Positions 10,759 through 20,428 of a stretch of DNA of 64,000 nucleotides are shown here, piece after piece. The number at the start of each line of letters is the position of its first letter. The first letter of the stretch is position 1. The stretch comes from Candidatus Bathyarchaeota archaeon (GTDB taxonomy: Archaea > Thermoproteota > Bathyarchaeia > Bathyarchaeales > Bathycorpusculaceae), in assembly GCA_963832745.1 (NCBI GenBank), contig CAWHVC010000002.1, positions 288,001 to 352,000 on the forward strand, given 5' to 3'. A model generated the notes under the pieces. The model saw only the letters and a program-made list of their open reading frames with translations, searched no databases and had not been told where the DNA came from. The position numbers and the translations under genes are program-made.

Positions 10759-12453
10759 TTAGTCGGTTTTATATTTGCCTTTTTTGCTGAATTGCCGTTC
10801 ATAAATCTCTCTGACTTGCCCAATTGTGCTGGCTTCATCTGAAGATTTATCATCTCTTATGCGTGTGATTCTGGCAAACCTTAGCGCCATCTGGCTGGCA
10901 TATTTGGGGCTCTGTTGAATTTCATTATAAGCGACTTCCACAACCACCTTAGGAATGACAATAACACGGTGACCTTCCTGACTAACAGCCAAATCCTTAA
11001 GATGCATTGTCAAATCGATGATTTCTGTGTCTGTTAAGCCTTTGAAAGTTTTGCCAATATCCAAAAAACCGCCTGACTCAGGGTCTCGTGCTGCAAGGTA
11101 ATAATCTGAAAGCCACCCTTTACGCCTGCCATACCCATACTCAGCTGCAGTAATAACCAAATCCAACGGTTCCATCACCTCCTTAATTTTAAGCCAACGC
11201 TTCCCCCGACGACCCGGCGTATAAGTACTCTCAAGCTTTTTAGCCATCAAACCTTCATGCCCAGCTTTAAGAGCTTCCTGCAGGAAATCTTGGGCACGAA
11301 CAGGTTGGTCAGTTACAAGTTGCTTGCTTAGGGGCAGGTTACCTGCGACTTGGGCAAGGATTTGTCTACGTTTAAGGTACGTGTTGGTGATTAGGCTTTC
11401 TCCGTTTAGGTACAGAATGTCAAAGAGGACAAGGGTTAAGGGGATTTTTTCTGCGGTGCCTGCTATGTTTTTTATGCGTTTGAAACGGCGCATTAGGTGC
11501 TGAAACGCAATCGGGTATCCGGCGGCGTCAAGAGATATAACTTCTCCTTCCAAAATGGCTGACTCAGCGGAAATGTTCCGTTTAACTGCATCTACTACCT
11601 CGGGCAGGCTGTCTGTTACGTTTGTTAATCGGCGGCTAAAAATACAAACTTTCCCCGTTTTGATGTGAATTTGTACCCTTGCCCCATCGTATTTGTATTC
11701 TAACGCCGATACACCCTCCTGCAACATCAAAGCTTCCTGAACGTTTTCAGCAGTTTGAGCAAGCATCAACTGTACAGGCCGAAAAACCTCAAAACTCACT
11801 GTTTCCAAGCCCTGACCGCCTTTGACTTTTAGAGTTACTGCTACTTCACCAATGTCACCCAATACCATGCTGGCATGCTGCACTTTTTGTAAGGGTACAT
11901 CAAATGCTCTGGCGATGGATTGTTCCATTAACCCTTCATGCATTCCCGTCCGCATTTCACCCGTAAATACCTTAACCAAATACTTAATCTCCAAAGGTGA
12001 AGCCTGACTCAGCAGCGTCGTGATTAGGCGCTCCTTTCTTTCCCTTGCACCCGAACCACTTGCCTGCGCTATGGCTTCAAAAGTGTGTCTAACCTCAACA
12101 ATCGTAAGCGGTTTCTCCAAAAGTTGAGTCTGCTTTTTAGTTTTCGAGCTTTCAAGTACGATTTTTGTGGCTGACCCAATGTCCCCTGTTGCCGCCATGG
12201 CTGATTGAAAAAGGCTCCAGTCAAAAGTTGCGATACGCTGCAAAATGCGGACAATGGTGGACCAACTTACGTCGAGAGTTATTTGGCTATGTTTTGTGAA
12301 GGCTCGGGCAACCATCAAGTTTACGGCGGGTTCAAGTTCGTTGGCGCCTAAGGTTTTTAGGAAATCTGCTGTTTGCTCTATGATTTCGAGGCGTTTTTTT
12401 GTGGCCTCAACTTTTTCTAGTAATTCGGATAGTGATTTGAATGAGGCAGACAT
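10759..12453 (-). CDS. lig: ATP-dependent DNA ligase
   Basis: EYKYDG motif I, EGLMAK, WLKIK, ALRFARI. Confidence 0.96.
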   Translation of the reverse strand: MSASFKSLSELLEKVEATKKRLEIIEQTADFLKTLGANELEPAVNLMVARAFTKHSQITLDVSWSTIVRILQRIATFDWSLFQSAMAATGDIGSATKIVLESSKTKKQTQLLEKPLTIVEVRHTFEAIAQASGSGARERKERLITTLLSQASPLEIKYLVKVFTGEMRTGMHEGLMEQSIARAFDVPLQKVQHASMVLGDIGEVAVTLKVKGGQGLETVSFEVFRPVQLMLAQTAENVQEALMLQEGVSALEYKYDGARVQIHIKTGKVCIFSRRLTNVTDSLPEVVDAVKRNISAESAILEGEVISLDAAGYPIAFQHLMRRFKRIKNIAGTAEKIPLTLVLFDILYLNGESLITNTYLKRRQILAQVAGNLPLSKQLVTDQPVRAQDFLQEALKAGHEGLMAKKLESTYTPGRRGKRWLKIKEVMEPLDLVITAAEYGYGRRKGWLSDYYLAARDPESGGFLDIGKTFKGLTDTEIIDLTMHLKDLAVSQEGHRVIVIPKVVVEVAYNEIQQSPKYASQMALRFARITRIRDDKSSDEASTIGQVREIYERQFSKKGKYKTD

Positions 12454-12608
12454 TTTTCTCTTAAAACTTCTACTTTAACTATGGTATTTTAGAGATTAAT
12501 TGGTTGCCGTTACTTTCACTTTAACTGACCCCTCCCCTGTTCTGGTTTGTTGCTTCTTCGATGCTTTAAATAGGCAAAAATGCCGTAACAGGTTTTTGTG
12601 AAGTAACG

Positions 12609-13349
12609 ATGCAAACAGTAATACTCAGACCAACAATGGCGCAAAAACAAACATCAATTTCTAGGTTAACATTTAACGTGCCCGACTTAGACATGCTTTT
12701 TCCCGCGTTCCAGGCAGGTGACTTTGCCATCCTTTATGGTTCCCCATTAGTTACTTCCTTAATGTCACAACTCTGTGTTCGCGCACATATGCCAACAGGA
12801 CAAGGCGGCTTAAACAGCAATATGGTCCTTATTGATGCCGCAAATAGTTCCTCATTATCTAGTATCCTACAGGTTGCTGAACTTCAGCAAGTTGACCCTC
12901 AAAAAGTAATGAGTCAAACCAAAACTTTCAGAGCTTACACCGCTTACCGGCTTCATTCCTTGATAATGGAAAAACTTGAGGAAACGATAGAATCATCCCA
13001 GGCAAAGCTTGTAGTCATCTCTGACATAATGTGCCCATTCTTAAACGAGAATGTGGACGACCAAGAAGCAAGAGCCGCTTATACACAAATTGTGAATTAC
13101 CTCTCGAACTTTGCAAAACAACATGGCATAATTATAGTTGCAACCTGCCTGCCACATGAAAGCAGCAGACGAAACAGTACCTTGCAAGAAATCACCACTG
13201 CAAAAGCAGGCACGATTATTCGCTTTACGAGAACACCCTACACAAGTGAGGTGGAGTTAGAAAAGCATTCATCTTACATGTTAGGCGTCGTTGATTTTGC
13301 TCCTGAAAACAAGACCTTGACCGACTTTTTAAGATTCATGGTCGCATAG
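12609..13349 (+). CDS. RadA/Rad51-like RecA-fold protein with degenerate Walker A
   Basis: DLDMLF, AILYGSP (no GKT), QLCVRAHMPTGQGGL, LIDAAN, FRAYTAY, LVVISD. Confidence 0.75.
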   Translation: MQTVILRPTMAQKQTSISRLTFNVPDLDMLFPAFQAGDFAILYGSPLVTSLMSQLCVRAHMPTGQGGLNSNMVLIDAANSSSLSSILQVAELQQVDPQKVMSQTKTFRAYTAYRLHSLIMEKLEETIESSQAKLVVISDIMCPFLNENVDDQEARAAYTQIVNYLSNFAKQHGIIIVATCLPHESSRRNSTLQEITTAKAGTIIRFTRTPYTSEVELEKHSSYMLGVVDFAPENKTLTDFLRFMVA

Positions 13350-13364
13350 CAGGATTTTGAAAAC

Positions 13365-13420
13365 ACTTAGAGGGGGTAGGTGCTAATGGTTGAAAAACAC
13401 GCCATTAGTATGTTGAAAAC
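13365..13420 (+). repeat. Dispersed intergenic repeat, copy B (module 2, hairpin-forming)
   Basis: 24 nt identical to copy A; CTAATGG/CCATTAG stem. Confidence 0.8.
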
Positions 13421-13432
13421 CAGTTGTTATTG

Positions 13433-14272
13433 TTAGGCGAAGAGTAACAGATAGCAATAGATTGTTATTAGTGCGCTTGGAATGAATGTTGCTGCCCAAA
13501 CTTTTTTGTCGACACTAAAGATTTTGGCGCCGTCAAGTATGCCGAAAGGTACCAAGTTAAAAACTGCCATGAACGCGTTTATGTATGCAGCGTAAACCAA
13601 AATTATTGTGTAAAGTATTAACTCACCTGGTAAAATGAATCCTATGACTAAAAAGGTTGCTGAGAAAACGATGTTTGTAATTGGTCCAGCAACCGAAATT
13701 TTTAATATTCCTTTTCTATCTGCGGTGCCGCCAATCATCATTGCTCCTGGGGCAATCATTTTGAATCCTGGCAAGAATACTGAGACAAATGTCAAAAGTG
13801 CTCCCCAGGTTGTTAAGCGGAATTCTGCCCATAAGCCATGTTTTTGGGCAATGATTTTATGTGCGAATTCATGCACCAAAAATGATGCTGTCATGCTGAC
13901 GGCAAAAATTGCCATCATGTCAAGTGTCCAGTTAAATCCGAAACCGCCAAAATAGTTGTTGTAAAAGCCTATCGAAAAGCCGATGCCGATTACAAGCAGA
14001 GCTGCAACGCCGATGTGTTTTAACTCTTTAGGGCTAAAATGGCCGCTTCGGTGAGTTCTGATTGGCTGTGGGTTAAAATTAAAACTGTAATTGTAGCCGC
14101 CGCCAGTTTGCGTCATTACTGTTTCTACAGTGTTTTGTCTTTGAGCGCGTGCTTTGCCGATTTGTGGGCATGAATGGTTTTCTGGTAGACGGTGTTGACT
14201 GCAGAATTGTCCTCCACAGTAAGGGCACGTGTAAGGCATGGTAACTTCGGTTCCGCAAATTTGGCATTTCAT
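13433..14272 (-). CDS. AN1-type zinc finger fused to M50 (site-2) membrane metalloprotease
   Basis: CQIC...CPYCGGQFCSQHRLPENHSC; HEFAH; VAGP; NLVPFGILDG. Confidence 0.85.
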   Translation of the reverse strand: MKCQICGTEVTMPYTCPYCGGQFCSQHRLPENHSCPQIGKARAQRQNTVETVMTQTGGGYNYSFNFNPQPIRTHRSGHFSPKELKHIGVAALLVIGIGFSIGFYNNYFGGFGFNWTLDMMAIFAVSMTASFLVHEFAHKIIAQKHGLWAEFRLTTWGALLTFVSVFLPGFKMIAPGAMMIGGTADRKGILKISVAGPITNIVFSATFLVIGFILPGELILYTIILVYAAYINAFMAVFNLVPFGILDGAKIFSVDKKVWAATFIPSALITIYCYLLLFA

Positions 14273-14437
14273 AACTTTAGCCTTTTTTAGAAAGTGAATC
14301 TGTGTTTAATGGTTTATATTTTTCCCCAAAATCACACGTTTATGCCCGATATTTCATCCGTAAGACTTTCCAGAGGGTTGGATAAGGCTTAAAACCTACA
14401 AGCCAACTTTACCTAAATCTGTAGAGGCAAGAAGGGT

Positions 14438-15646
14438 TTGAAAGCTTTCAGTTTTGTTCACGCATCGGATTTACATTTGGGTTACGCTCAGTATGGGCTT
14501 GAAGCAAGACGCCAAGACTTTGACAACGCATTCTCGGAACTAGTAGACCGAACTATTGAGCTTAAACCTGACTTCATGATTATCGCAGGCGACTTGTTCC
14601 ATCAACCCCGCCCCTCCAACGTCACCTTGGAAAACACAATCCGCAGCTTTAAACGGCTAAAAGACGCTGGAATTCCAGTGCTCACGGTTGATGGTTCCCA
14701 TGATTCAGCCCCAAACACCATCACAGGTACCATCCTTTACCCACTTGACAGCGCCGGGTTAATATACCATCTTCCACGACACGAAGGCGCAAGCTGGAGC
14801 CAAACCGGTTGCTGTTACGTTTACGGCATCCCCAACTTTCACAGCCGCCACAAAACCCAAGACGCACTGCCCAAGTTCATGGCTGAAAAACCTCCCGCTC
14901 CAGAAGAGGGACTTGCCAATATTTTCGTTTTGCATGGCGCCGTGGATTTGCAGGGAGTAAAGCCTCCTTATATGGAGGCTGAATTGTCTCCTGAAATGTT
15001 GCCTTCTGGATTCTGTTACTATGCAGCTGGGCACATCCATGAACGCTTCAGCACCAAATTCAAAGACGGCTACTTGGTTTACAGTGGTTGTATAGAAACA
15101 GCAGGTTATGACGAAGCCAAGTACCCTAAGGGCTTTAATTACGTGCAGGTTAACGAAAACGGAGAAATCCAAATCGAACAAATGGAACTCTCAACGCCTC
15201 GGCAATTCATAATTTTAGACGAAACAGACTTTTCGGGAATGGCTTCAGCTAAAATCACTGAAATAGCAACTCAAATGGTCAAAGATGCTGATATGGAAGG
15301 CGCCGTTCTCATTCCCGTTCTGAAAGGCACTCTGCCAGCTGAAGCCAGTAGAACCGAGATTGATATCGCCAAAATCCGTTCTGCAGGCGAAAAAGCCCTG
15401 CTTGTGCATCCGGTAGTGCTTCTCAAGGAGACGGCGGTTTCAGATGAGGTTGTTAGAAGCATTTTTGAAGGCAACTTTAAAGACCTAAAAACTAAAGCGT
15501 TTGAATATTTCGTGCAGATTTTCAGTGAACGCTACTCTAAAGAAGAAGCCGAAAAAGTTGCCCATTCAGCTTTGGCCTTAATTGAACCGCTTACACGAAA
15601 ACAGGATGAGAAGGTTAAACAGGCAATTGAGGCGTTGCAGAAATGA
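14438..15646 (+). CDS. mre11: DNA double-strand break repair nuclease Mre11
   Basis: SDLHLG, AGDLF, GSHD, GHIH, YSG motifs; overlaps rad50 by 4 nt. Confidence 0.92.
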   Translation: MKAFSFVHASDLHLGYAQYGLEARRQDFDNAFSELVDRTIELKPDFMIIAGDLFHQPRPSNVTLENTIRSFKRLKDAGIPVLTVDGSHDSAPNTITGTILYPLDSAGLIYHLPRHEGASWSQTGCCYVYGIPNFHSRHKTQDALPKFMAEKPPAPEEGLANIFVLHGAVDLQGVKPPYMEAELSPEMLPSGFCYYAAGHIHERFSTKFKDGYLVYSGCIETAGYDEAKYPKGFNYVQVNENGEIQIEQMELSTPRQFIILDETDFSGMASAKITEIATQMVKDADMEGAVLIPVLKGTLPAEASRTEIDIAKIRSAGEKALLVHPVVLLKETAVSDEVVRSIFEGNFKDLKTKAFEYFVQIFSERYSKEEAEKVAHSALALIEPLTRKQDEKVKQAIEALQK

Positions 15647-17730
15647 AAATTGAAGTTGTACAGCTGGAAAACATCCGCTCTCACGTTAAATCTACAGTGC
15701 CGTTTACGCGCGGTTTTAACTGTGTTGTGGGCGGAGTGGGCTGTGGAAAATCTAGCGTTATGTACGCGGTAGACTTTGCCTTGTTTGGTGACTCGATTGC
15801 ACGCAGTTTCGAGTACCTTCTTAGGGAAGGTGCAGACTATGGCAAAGTGTCTGTGCAGTTTTCTCAAAATGGTAACACTTACAAGATAACCCGCGGGTTA
15901 AGGCGAAAGGGCAAGGGAATAAGCCAAGATTTTGATCTACTCCGGCTTTATGAAGAAGACACTCTTATTGCAAGCATAAAAAACGATGCCATCGCCGAGC
16001 AGATAAAAGCCATAACTGGCTTGGATCGAGACCTGTACCGAGAAATTGTTTGGTTCCGCCAAGAGCACCTAAAGGAACTGTTGGATGCGGCCCCCCGTGA
16101 CAGGCAGAGACGCCTTGACGAACTATTCGGTTTATCGGATTATGAAGTTGCATGGAGCAATATTGCCCAGTACCAACGTGACTATGAAACAGAAAAAAGG
16201 GTTTACGAGAAGGACCCTGACGTTAACAGCCTTGAAAAACTTAGCAACGACTACAACCGCGCAAGCGAAGAATTCACGCTTCTGGAAATGGACCTTGAAA
16301 ATTCAATACAGAAACTGGCAATCACCAAACTTACCCTTGAAGAGGCTGAACAGAAACTTAAAGCGCTTGAAGAGAAAAAGCTACAGGTTGAAGAGTTTAA
16401 ACGTAAAGAAGCCCGCATGCACGCAAGCCTTCAAGGCATAACTAACGCTCTTACTTCATTAACTCAGAGGATTGAGGACAAAAAAATTCTTGTTGACAAC
16501 CTATGTCAACGTCAAACTTCAATGGATTCCCAAAAGAAGCTATGCTTAACTAAACTAGAGCAGGCTGGGTTGCCAACAAATCAACCATTCGAACAGTTAG
16601 CGCCATATTTGGCCTCTTTTGACGACAAAATCAGCAGCCTTCGTGGTGAACAGGAAGCAGCATCCAAAGGTATCCAAACCGACCAAAAAAGAACCAGTCA
16701 ACTTGCTCAAGAAAACAAATGCCCTCTATGTATTCAACCCTTAACAGGTCAATATAAAACAGACCTAATGCAACGTATAGAACAGGAAAATACTGAACGC
16801 CAAAGAATCATCAACCATCTGCGCCTTGAAATCGCCGATTTACAGAAAGCCAAAACCATCGCTTCAGACGCTTATTCTGGATTGCAAACATGTCTAACCC
16901 GAGAAAATGACTTGAAATCCCGAATCTTTGAAGAAAATGGCAACCTAAACAATTTGACTTGTGAACTGGAAAATCAGCAAAAGCTTGAGTTGGAACAGAA
17001 GACTCAGTATTTGGCAGTGCAGGCTGAAATCAGTAAATTTGACTTATCAGACTTGGATTTAGCTCGCAACCGTCGAGAGCAAGCGTTTAGGCAATACTAC
17101 GCTTTAGACTCAGACTTGCGTACTAAAGAGAACCGCAAAAAAGACGTTCTTCGACGTATTGACGAAGCCAAAACTCGCATCGATGTTGCCCAAGAGAAGG
17201 CTGAGAAGGTCGAGAAACTCAAACGCACAATCGAAACTCTTGGAGCCATACGAGACGCCTACCGAAGCATCCAACCTAAACTTCGAAGCGAATTCGTCAA
17301 AATCTTGCGCAATTTCATTCAGCAAGTACTTGACAGTTTAGTCGGAGGAGAAACCCCCATGCTAAACGTAGCCATCGATGAAACCTACACGCCCTACGTA
17401 AAAAGCGAATCTGGCGTTGACCGCGAAGTATCTAACCTTTCAGGCGGAGAACGTACACTCTTAGCCTTTGCTTACAGGCTGGGCTTGGGTCAATTGATTA
17501 TGCAGTCAAGGACTGGTCACGGTTTGGGCGTGTTGATGCTCGATGAACCCACCGAAAACCTTGGTAGCGAAGACGGTAGTATCGAACGTTTAGCTGAAGC
17601 AATCAGCAGATTCAAAGCCATAGAACAAATCATCGCCGTTACCCATAGCGAGGCTTTTGCGGACAAGGCAGAGCACGTAATAACTTTGGAGAAGGAAGCA
17701 GGTATAAGTAAAATTTCGATTGAACGATAA
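15643..17730 (+). CDS. rad50: DNA double-strand break repair ATPase Rad50
   Basis: GGVGCGKSS, coiled coil with CPLC hook, LSGGE, LDEPT, VTH. Confidence 0.92.
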   Translation: MKIEVVQLENIRSHVKSTVPFTRGFNCVVGGVGCGKSSVMYAVDFALFGDSIARSFEYLLREGADYGKVSVQFSQNGNTYKITRGLRRKGKGISQDFDLLRLYEEDTLIASIKNDAIAEQIKAITGLDRDLYREIVWFRQEHLKELLDAAPRDRQRRLDELFGLSDYEVAWSNIAQYQRDYETEKRVYEKDPDVNSLEKLSNDYNRASEEFTLLEMDLENSIQKLAITKLTLEEAEQKLKALEEKKLQVEEFKRKEARMHASLQGITNALTSLTQRIEDKKILVDNLCQRQTSMDSQKKLCLTKLEQAGLPTNQPFEQLAPYLASFDDKISSLRGEQEAASKGIQTDQKRTSQLAQENKCPLCIQPLTGQYKTDLMQRIEQENTERQRIINHLRLEIADLQKAKTIASDAYSGLQTCLTRENDLKSRIFEENGNLNNLTCELENQQKLELEQKTQYLAVQAEISKFDLSDLDLARNRREQAFRQYYALDSDLRTKENRKKDVLRRIDEAKTRIDVAQEKAEKVEKLKRTIETLGAIRDAYRSIQPKLRSEFVKILRNFIQQVLDSLVGGETPMLNVAIDETYTPYVKSESGVDREVSNLSGGERTLLAFAYRLGLGQLIMQSRTGHGLGVLMLDEPTENLGSEDGSIERLAEAISRFKAIEQIIAVTHSEAFADKAEHVITLEKEAGISKISIER

Positions 17731-17826
17731 CCTGAGCGAAGCTGTTTTTTGTTTTAATTTCAGGTGTTCTTCACTTTTTTGTTGTATGGGTTTTTATTGG
17801 TGCAGGGAAATATTGTATGATATTTA

Positions 17827-19017
17827 GTGAGGAAAGAAGGGTTGAATGGAAAACCACTTGTCAGCATAATTAGCGCTGGAATGTCAAAGTTCCAAAAACA
17901 CGAAGGTTTACTTGCAAGAGAAATCTTCACCCAAGCAGTCCAAGAAGCTTTTACGCGTTGCCCGAAACTGGAGCCAAAACGCGACATCAAAACCATGTTC
18001 ATTGGACACATGGGTGAAGCCTACGAGCACCAAGGACACATGGGCTCAATTCTTGCAGACTGGACGGGCTTACTTGGAATCCCCGCTACCCGCTGTGAAG
18101 CAGCCTGTGGGTCATCAGGCGCCGCTTTACGAGCTGGCATCTACGCAGTTATGTCCGGACTCGCCGACGTCGCTATGGTTGGTGGAGTAGAAAAAATGAC
18201 TCACCGCACGACCGCCGAGGTCACTGAATATCTTGCAATGGCTTCGGATTACCCGTTTGAGCAGTACCACGGCATCACCTTCCCTGGGTTGTTTGCGTTA
18301 ATGGCAACACGTCACATGCATGATTACGGCACTAAAGAGGAACATTTCGCGATGGCAGCGGTTAAAAATCATTATCATGGAAGCCTTAACCCTAAAGCGC
18401 ACATGCAAAAAGAAATCACACTTGAAACGGTTATGAAGTCACGTTATGTTGCGTGGCCACTCAAACTTTATGACTGTTCAATAGTTACTGATGGTGCAAG
18501 CTGCGTAATCTTGACCAAGCCTGAACTTGCAACCAAATACACAGATAACCCCGTACACATTGTCGGCAGCGGACAAGCCAGCGACTCCATCGGGCTTTAT
18601 GAACGCAAAAGCTTCACATCCCTATGTTCAACCAAGACCGCCGCAAAAGCAGCCTACGACATGGCACAGTTAACCCCTCAAGACATAAACATCGCTGAAG
18701 TTCACGACTGCTTCACCAGCGCCGAACTAATGGCATACGAAGATTTAGGGTTCTGCAAACCAGGCGAAAGCGGCAAACTGCTGGAAAACAACGAAACTCG
18801 GCTTGGAGGGCGCATCCCAGTTAACACAAGTGGTGGCTTAAAAGCCAAAGGCCACCCCGTAGGTGCAACAGGCACTGCCCAAGCATACGAAATCTACCTG
18901 CAACTCACAGGTCAAGCTGAACGGCGGCAGGTTAAAGACGCTAAAATCGGGTTAACCCACAACGTTGGCGGTTCAGGTGCAACGGCGGCAGTTCATATTT
19001 ACAGGAGTGCACAATAA
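17827..19017 (+). CDS. Archaeal thiolase (acetyl-CoA acetyltransferase family)
   Basis: EAACGSS, EVHDCF, SGGLKAKGHPVGATG, HNVGG. Confidence 0.92.
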   Translation: MRKEGLNGKPLVSIISAGMSKFQKHEGLLAREIFTQAVQEAFTRCPKLEPKRDIKTMFIGHMGEAYEHQGHMGSILADWTGLLGIPATRCEAACGSSGAALRAGIYAVMSGLADVAMVGGVEKMTHRTTAEVTEYLAMASDYPFEQYHGITFPGLFALMATRHMHDYGTKEEHFAMAAVKNHYHGSLNPKAHMQKEITLETVMKSRYVAWPLKLYDCSIVTDGASCVILTKPELATKYTDNPVHIVGSGQASDSIGLYERKSFTSLCSTKTAAKAAYDMAQLTPQDINIAEVHDCFTSAELMAYEDLGFCKPGESGKLLENNETRLGGRIPVNTSGGLKAKGHPVGATGTAQAYEIYLQLTGQAERRQVKDAKIGLTHNVGGSGATAAVHIYRSAQ

Positions 19018-19018
19018 A

Positions 19019-19417
19019 ATGAGTACACAAGAAACCTTCACTATTGGGCAATTCTACAAGTTCCTTTCACAAGGCAAACTTATGGCTGGTAAGTGCCTTA
19101 AATGTGGCAAAATCCATCTGCCACCACGCCCACTTTGCGACAACTGTTACGGCAGCGACTTTGAATGGCTGCAGGTTTCAGGCAAAGGCAAACTCTTAAC
19201 CTACACTGTAATTCACATAGCACCAACGGCATTTCAAAATTTGACACCCTATGCAATAGGTATCATCGAGTTGGAAGGTGGCTTAAAAATTCCCGGTATG
19301 ATACAGGCGATACCGCAGGAGCAGTTGAAAATCGGCATGACCCTAAACGTGGATTTCAGCACTTGCAGTACACCACAAAACTGGCCTCAATGGCCTAGAT
19401 ACTGCCTAAAACCCTAA
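19019..19417 (+). CDS. DUF35 Zn-ribbon/OB-fold thiolase partner (start moved to ATG 19019)
   Basis: CLKCG...PPRPLCDNC, GKGKLLTYTVIH; directly after thiolase. Confidence 0.9.
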   Translation: MSTQETFTIGQFYKFLSQGKLMAGKCLKCGKIHLPPRPLCDNCYGSDFEWLQVSGKGKLLTYTVIHIAPTAFQNLTPYAIGIIELEGGLKIPGMIQAIPQEQLKIGMTLNVDFSTCSTPQNWPQWPRYCLKP

Positions 19418-19509
19418 TTTTTCCTTCTTGCTCTTTTTTCTGTTAACTTGTTTCTTTTTTGAAAAGAGATTTATTTGATTCTATACAGTAGCTCAAGATA
19501 GGCCTTTAA

Positions 19510-20178
19510 ATGAACGAAAAATCTAAGGTATGTCTTGTTTCTTGTAGTGTCCTTAAGCCTGAACTTCAAGGGCTAGTTAAGGAAGGCAAACTTCCCGATA
19601 TCGACCTTGTTTTTGTAAGCAAAACCTTCCATGTTGACTACGGGCTCGTCGAGCAGAATGTGCGCAAGGTTTTGGAACACACTCTCAAGCGTTACCATGG
19701 TAGGGTTGTGCTTGTTTACGGAGACTTATGCATGGGGCAAGATAACGAGATGAAACGGCTCGCAGAAGAATATGGTGTAGTCAAGGTTGACGCTTTAAAC
19801 TGTATTGATTGCCAATTGGGCGGTAAGGGAAGTTCTGAAACTGCTGACCCAACGCATAGATTGATGTTTATGGGTCCTGGCATGATTGACTTCTTTAAAG
19901 ACATGAGATCGCAGCTTGCTAAGCAAGGCGTAGATGAGGCGGGTTTAAAGAAAATGTTCAGCGGTATTGAGGGCTTTGTGATTTTGGACACTGTTGATAA
20001 CGGTGAGGCGTGCAGGCGTGACCTTGAAAAGCTGGGTTTAGGCGTTAAGATTCTTGAAACACGTAAAATCGGTTCTGAGAACGTTCGGTTGGTGGTTTTG
20101 GAAGCTATGGAAAAATCAGGCAAAACAGAGGCATCTGCCAAAAACCGTGACCAACACTTAAACCTTAATATATACTAA
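19510..20178 (+). CDS. DUF1638-family protein
   Basis: SCSVLKPEL, LVYGDLC, NCIDCQLG Cys pattern. Confidence 0.7.
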   Translation: MNEKSKVCLVSCSVLKPELQGLVKEGKLPDIDLVFVSKTFHVDYGLVEQNVRKVLEHTLKRYHGRVVLVYGDLCMGQDNEMKRLAEEYGVVKVDALNCIDCQLGGKGSSETADPTHRLMFMGPGMIDFFKDMRSQLAKQGVDEAGLKKMFSGIEGFVILDTVDNGEACRRDLEKLGLGVKILETRKIGSENVRLVVLEAMEKSGKTEASAKNRDQHLNLNIY

Positions 20179-20428
20179 ACCTGCGTTTTTTCGTCCAAAA
20201 CAATTGCCCTATGTTGTCATTTTTGCGTTTTTTTATGACTTTTTCTCTGTTTTGTTCTATAAATTTGAAATTAAACAGCCAATATGGAATTTTTTAATCA
20301 AACCTTTAAAGTCCACGCAAGTGTTTGGATGGCGCAATAAGCCCCTTTTAGGTTTCCTGCTAAACCAGCTTAACCGTAAGTATTAAAGAAGTAAAAACAC
20401 AATAATCAAACAAAACGCTTGTTCAAGG

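Noticed and set aside
17827-19417. Thiolase-DUF35 pair as a novelty or as the mevalonate operon
   Set aside because: A common archaeal pair; no adjacent HMG-CoA synthase, so the pathway is not assigned
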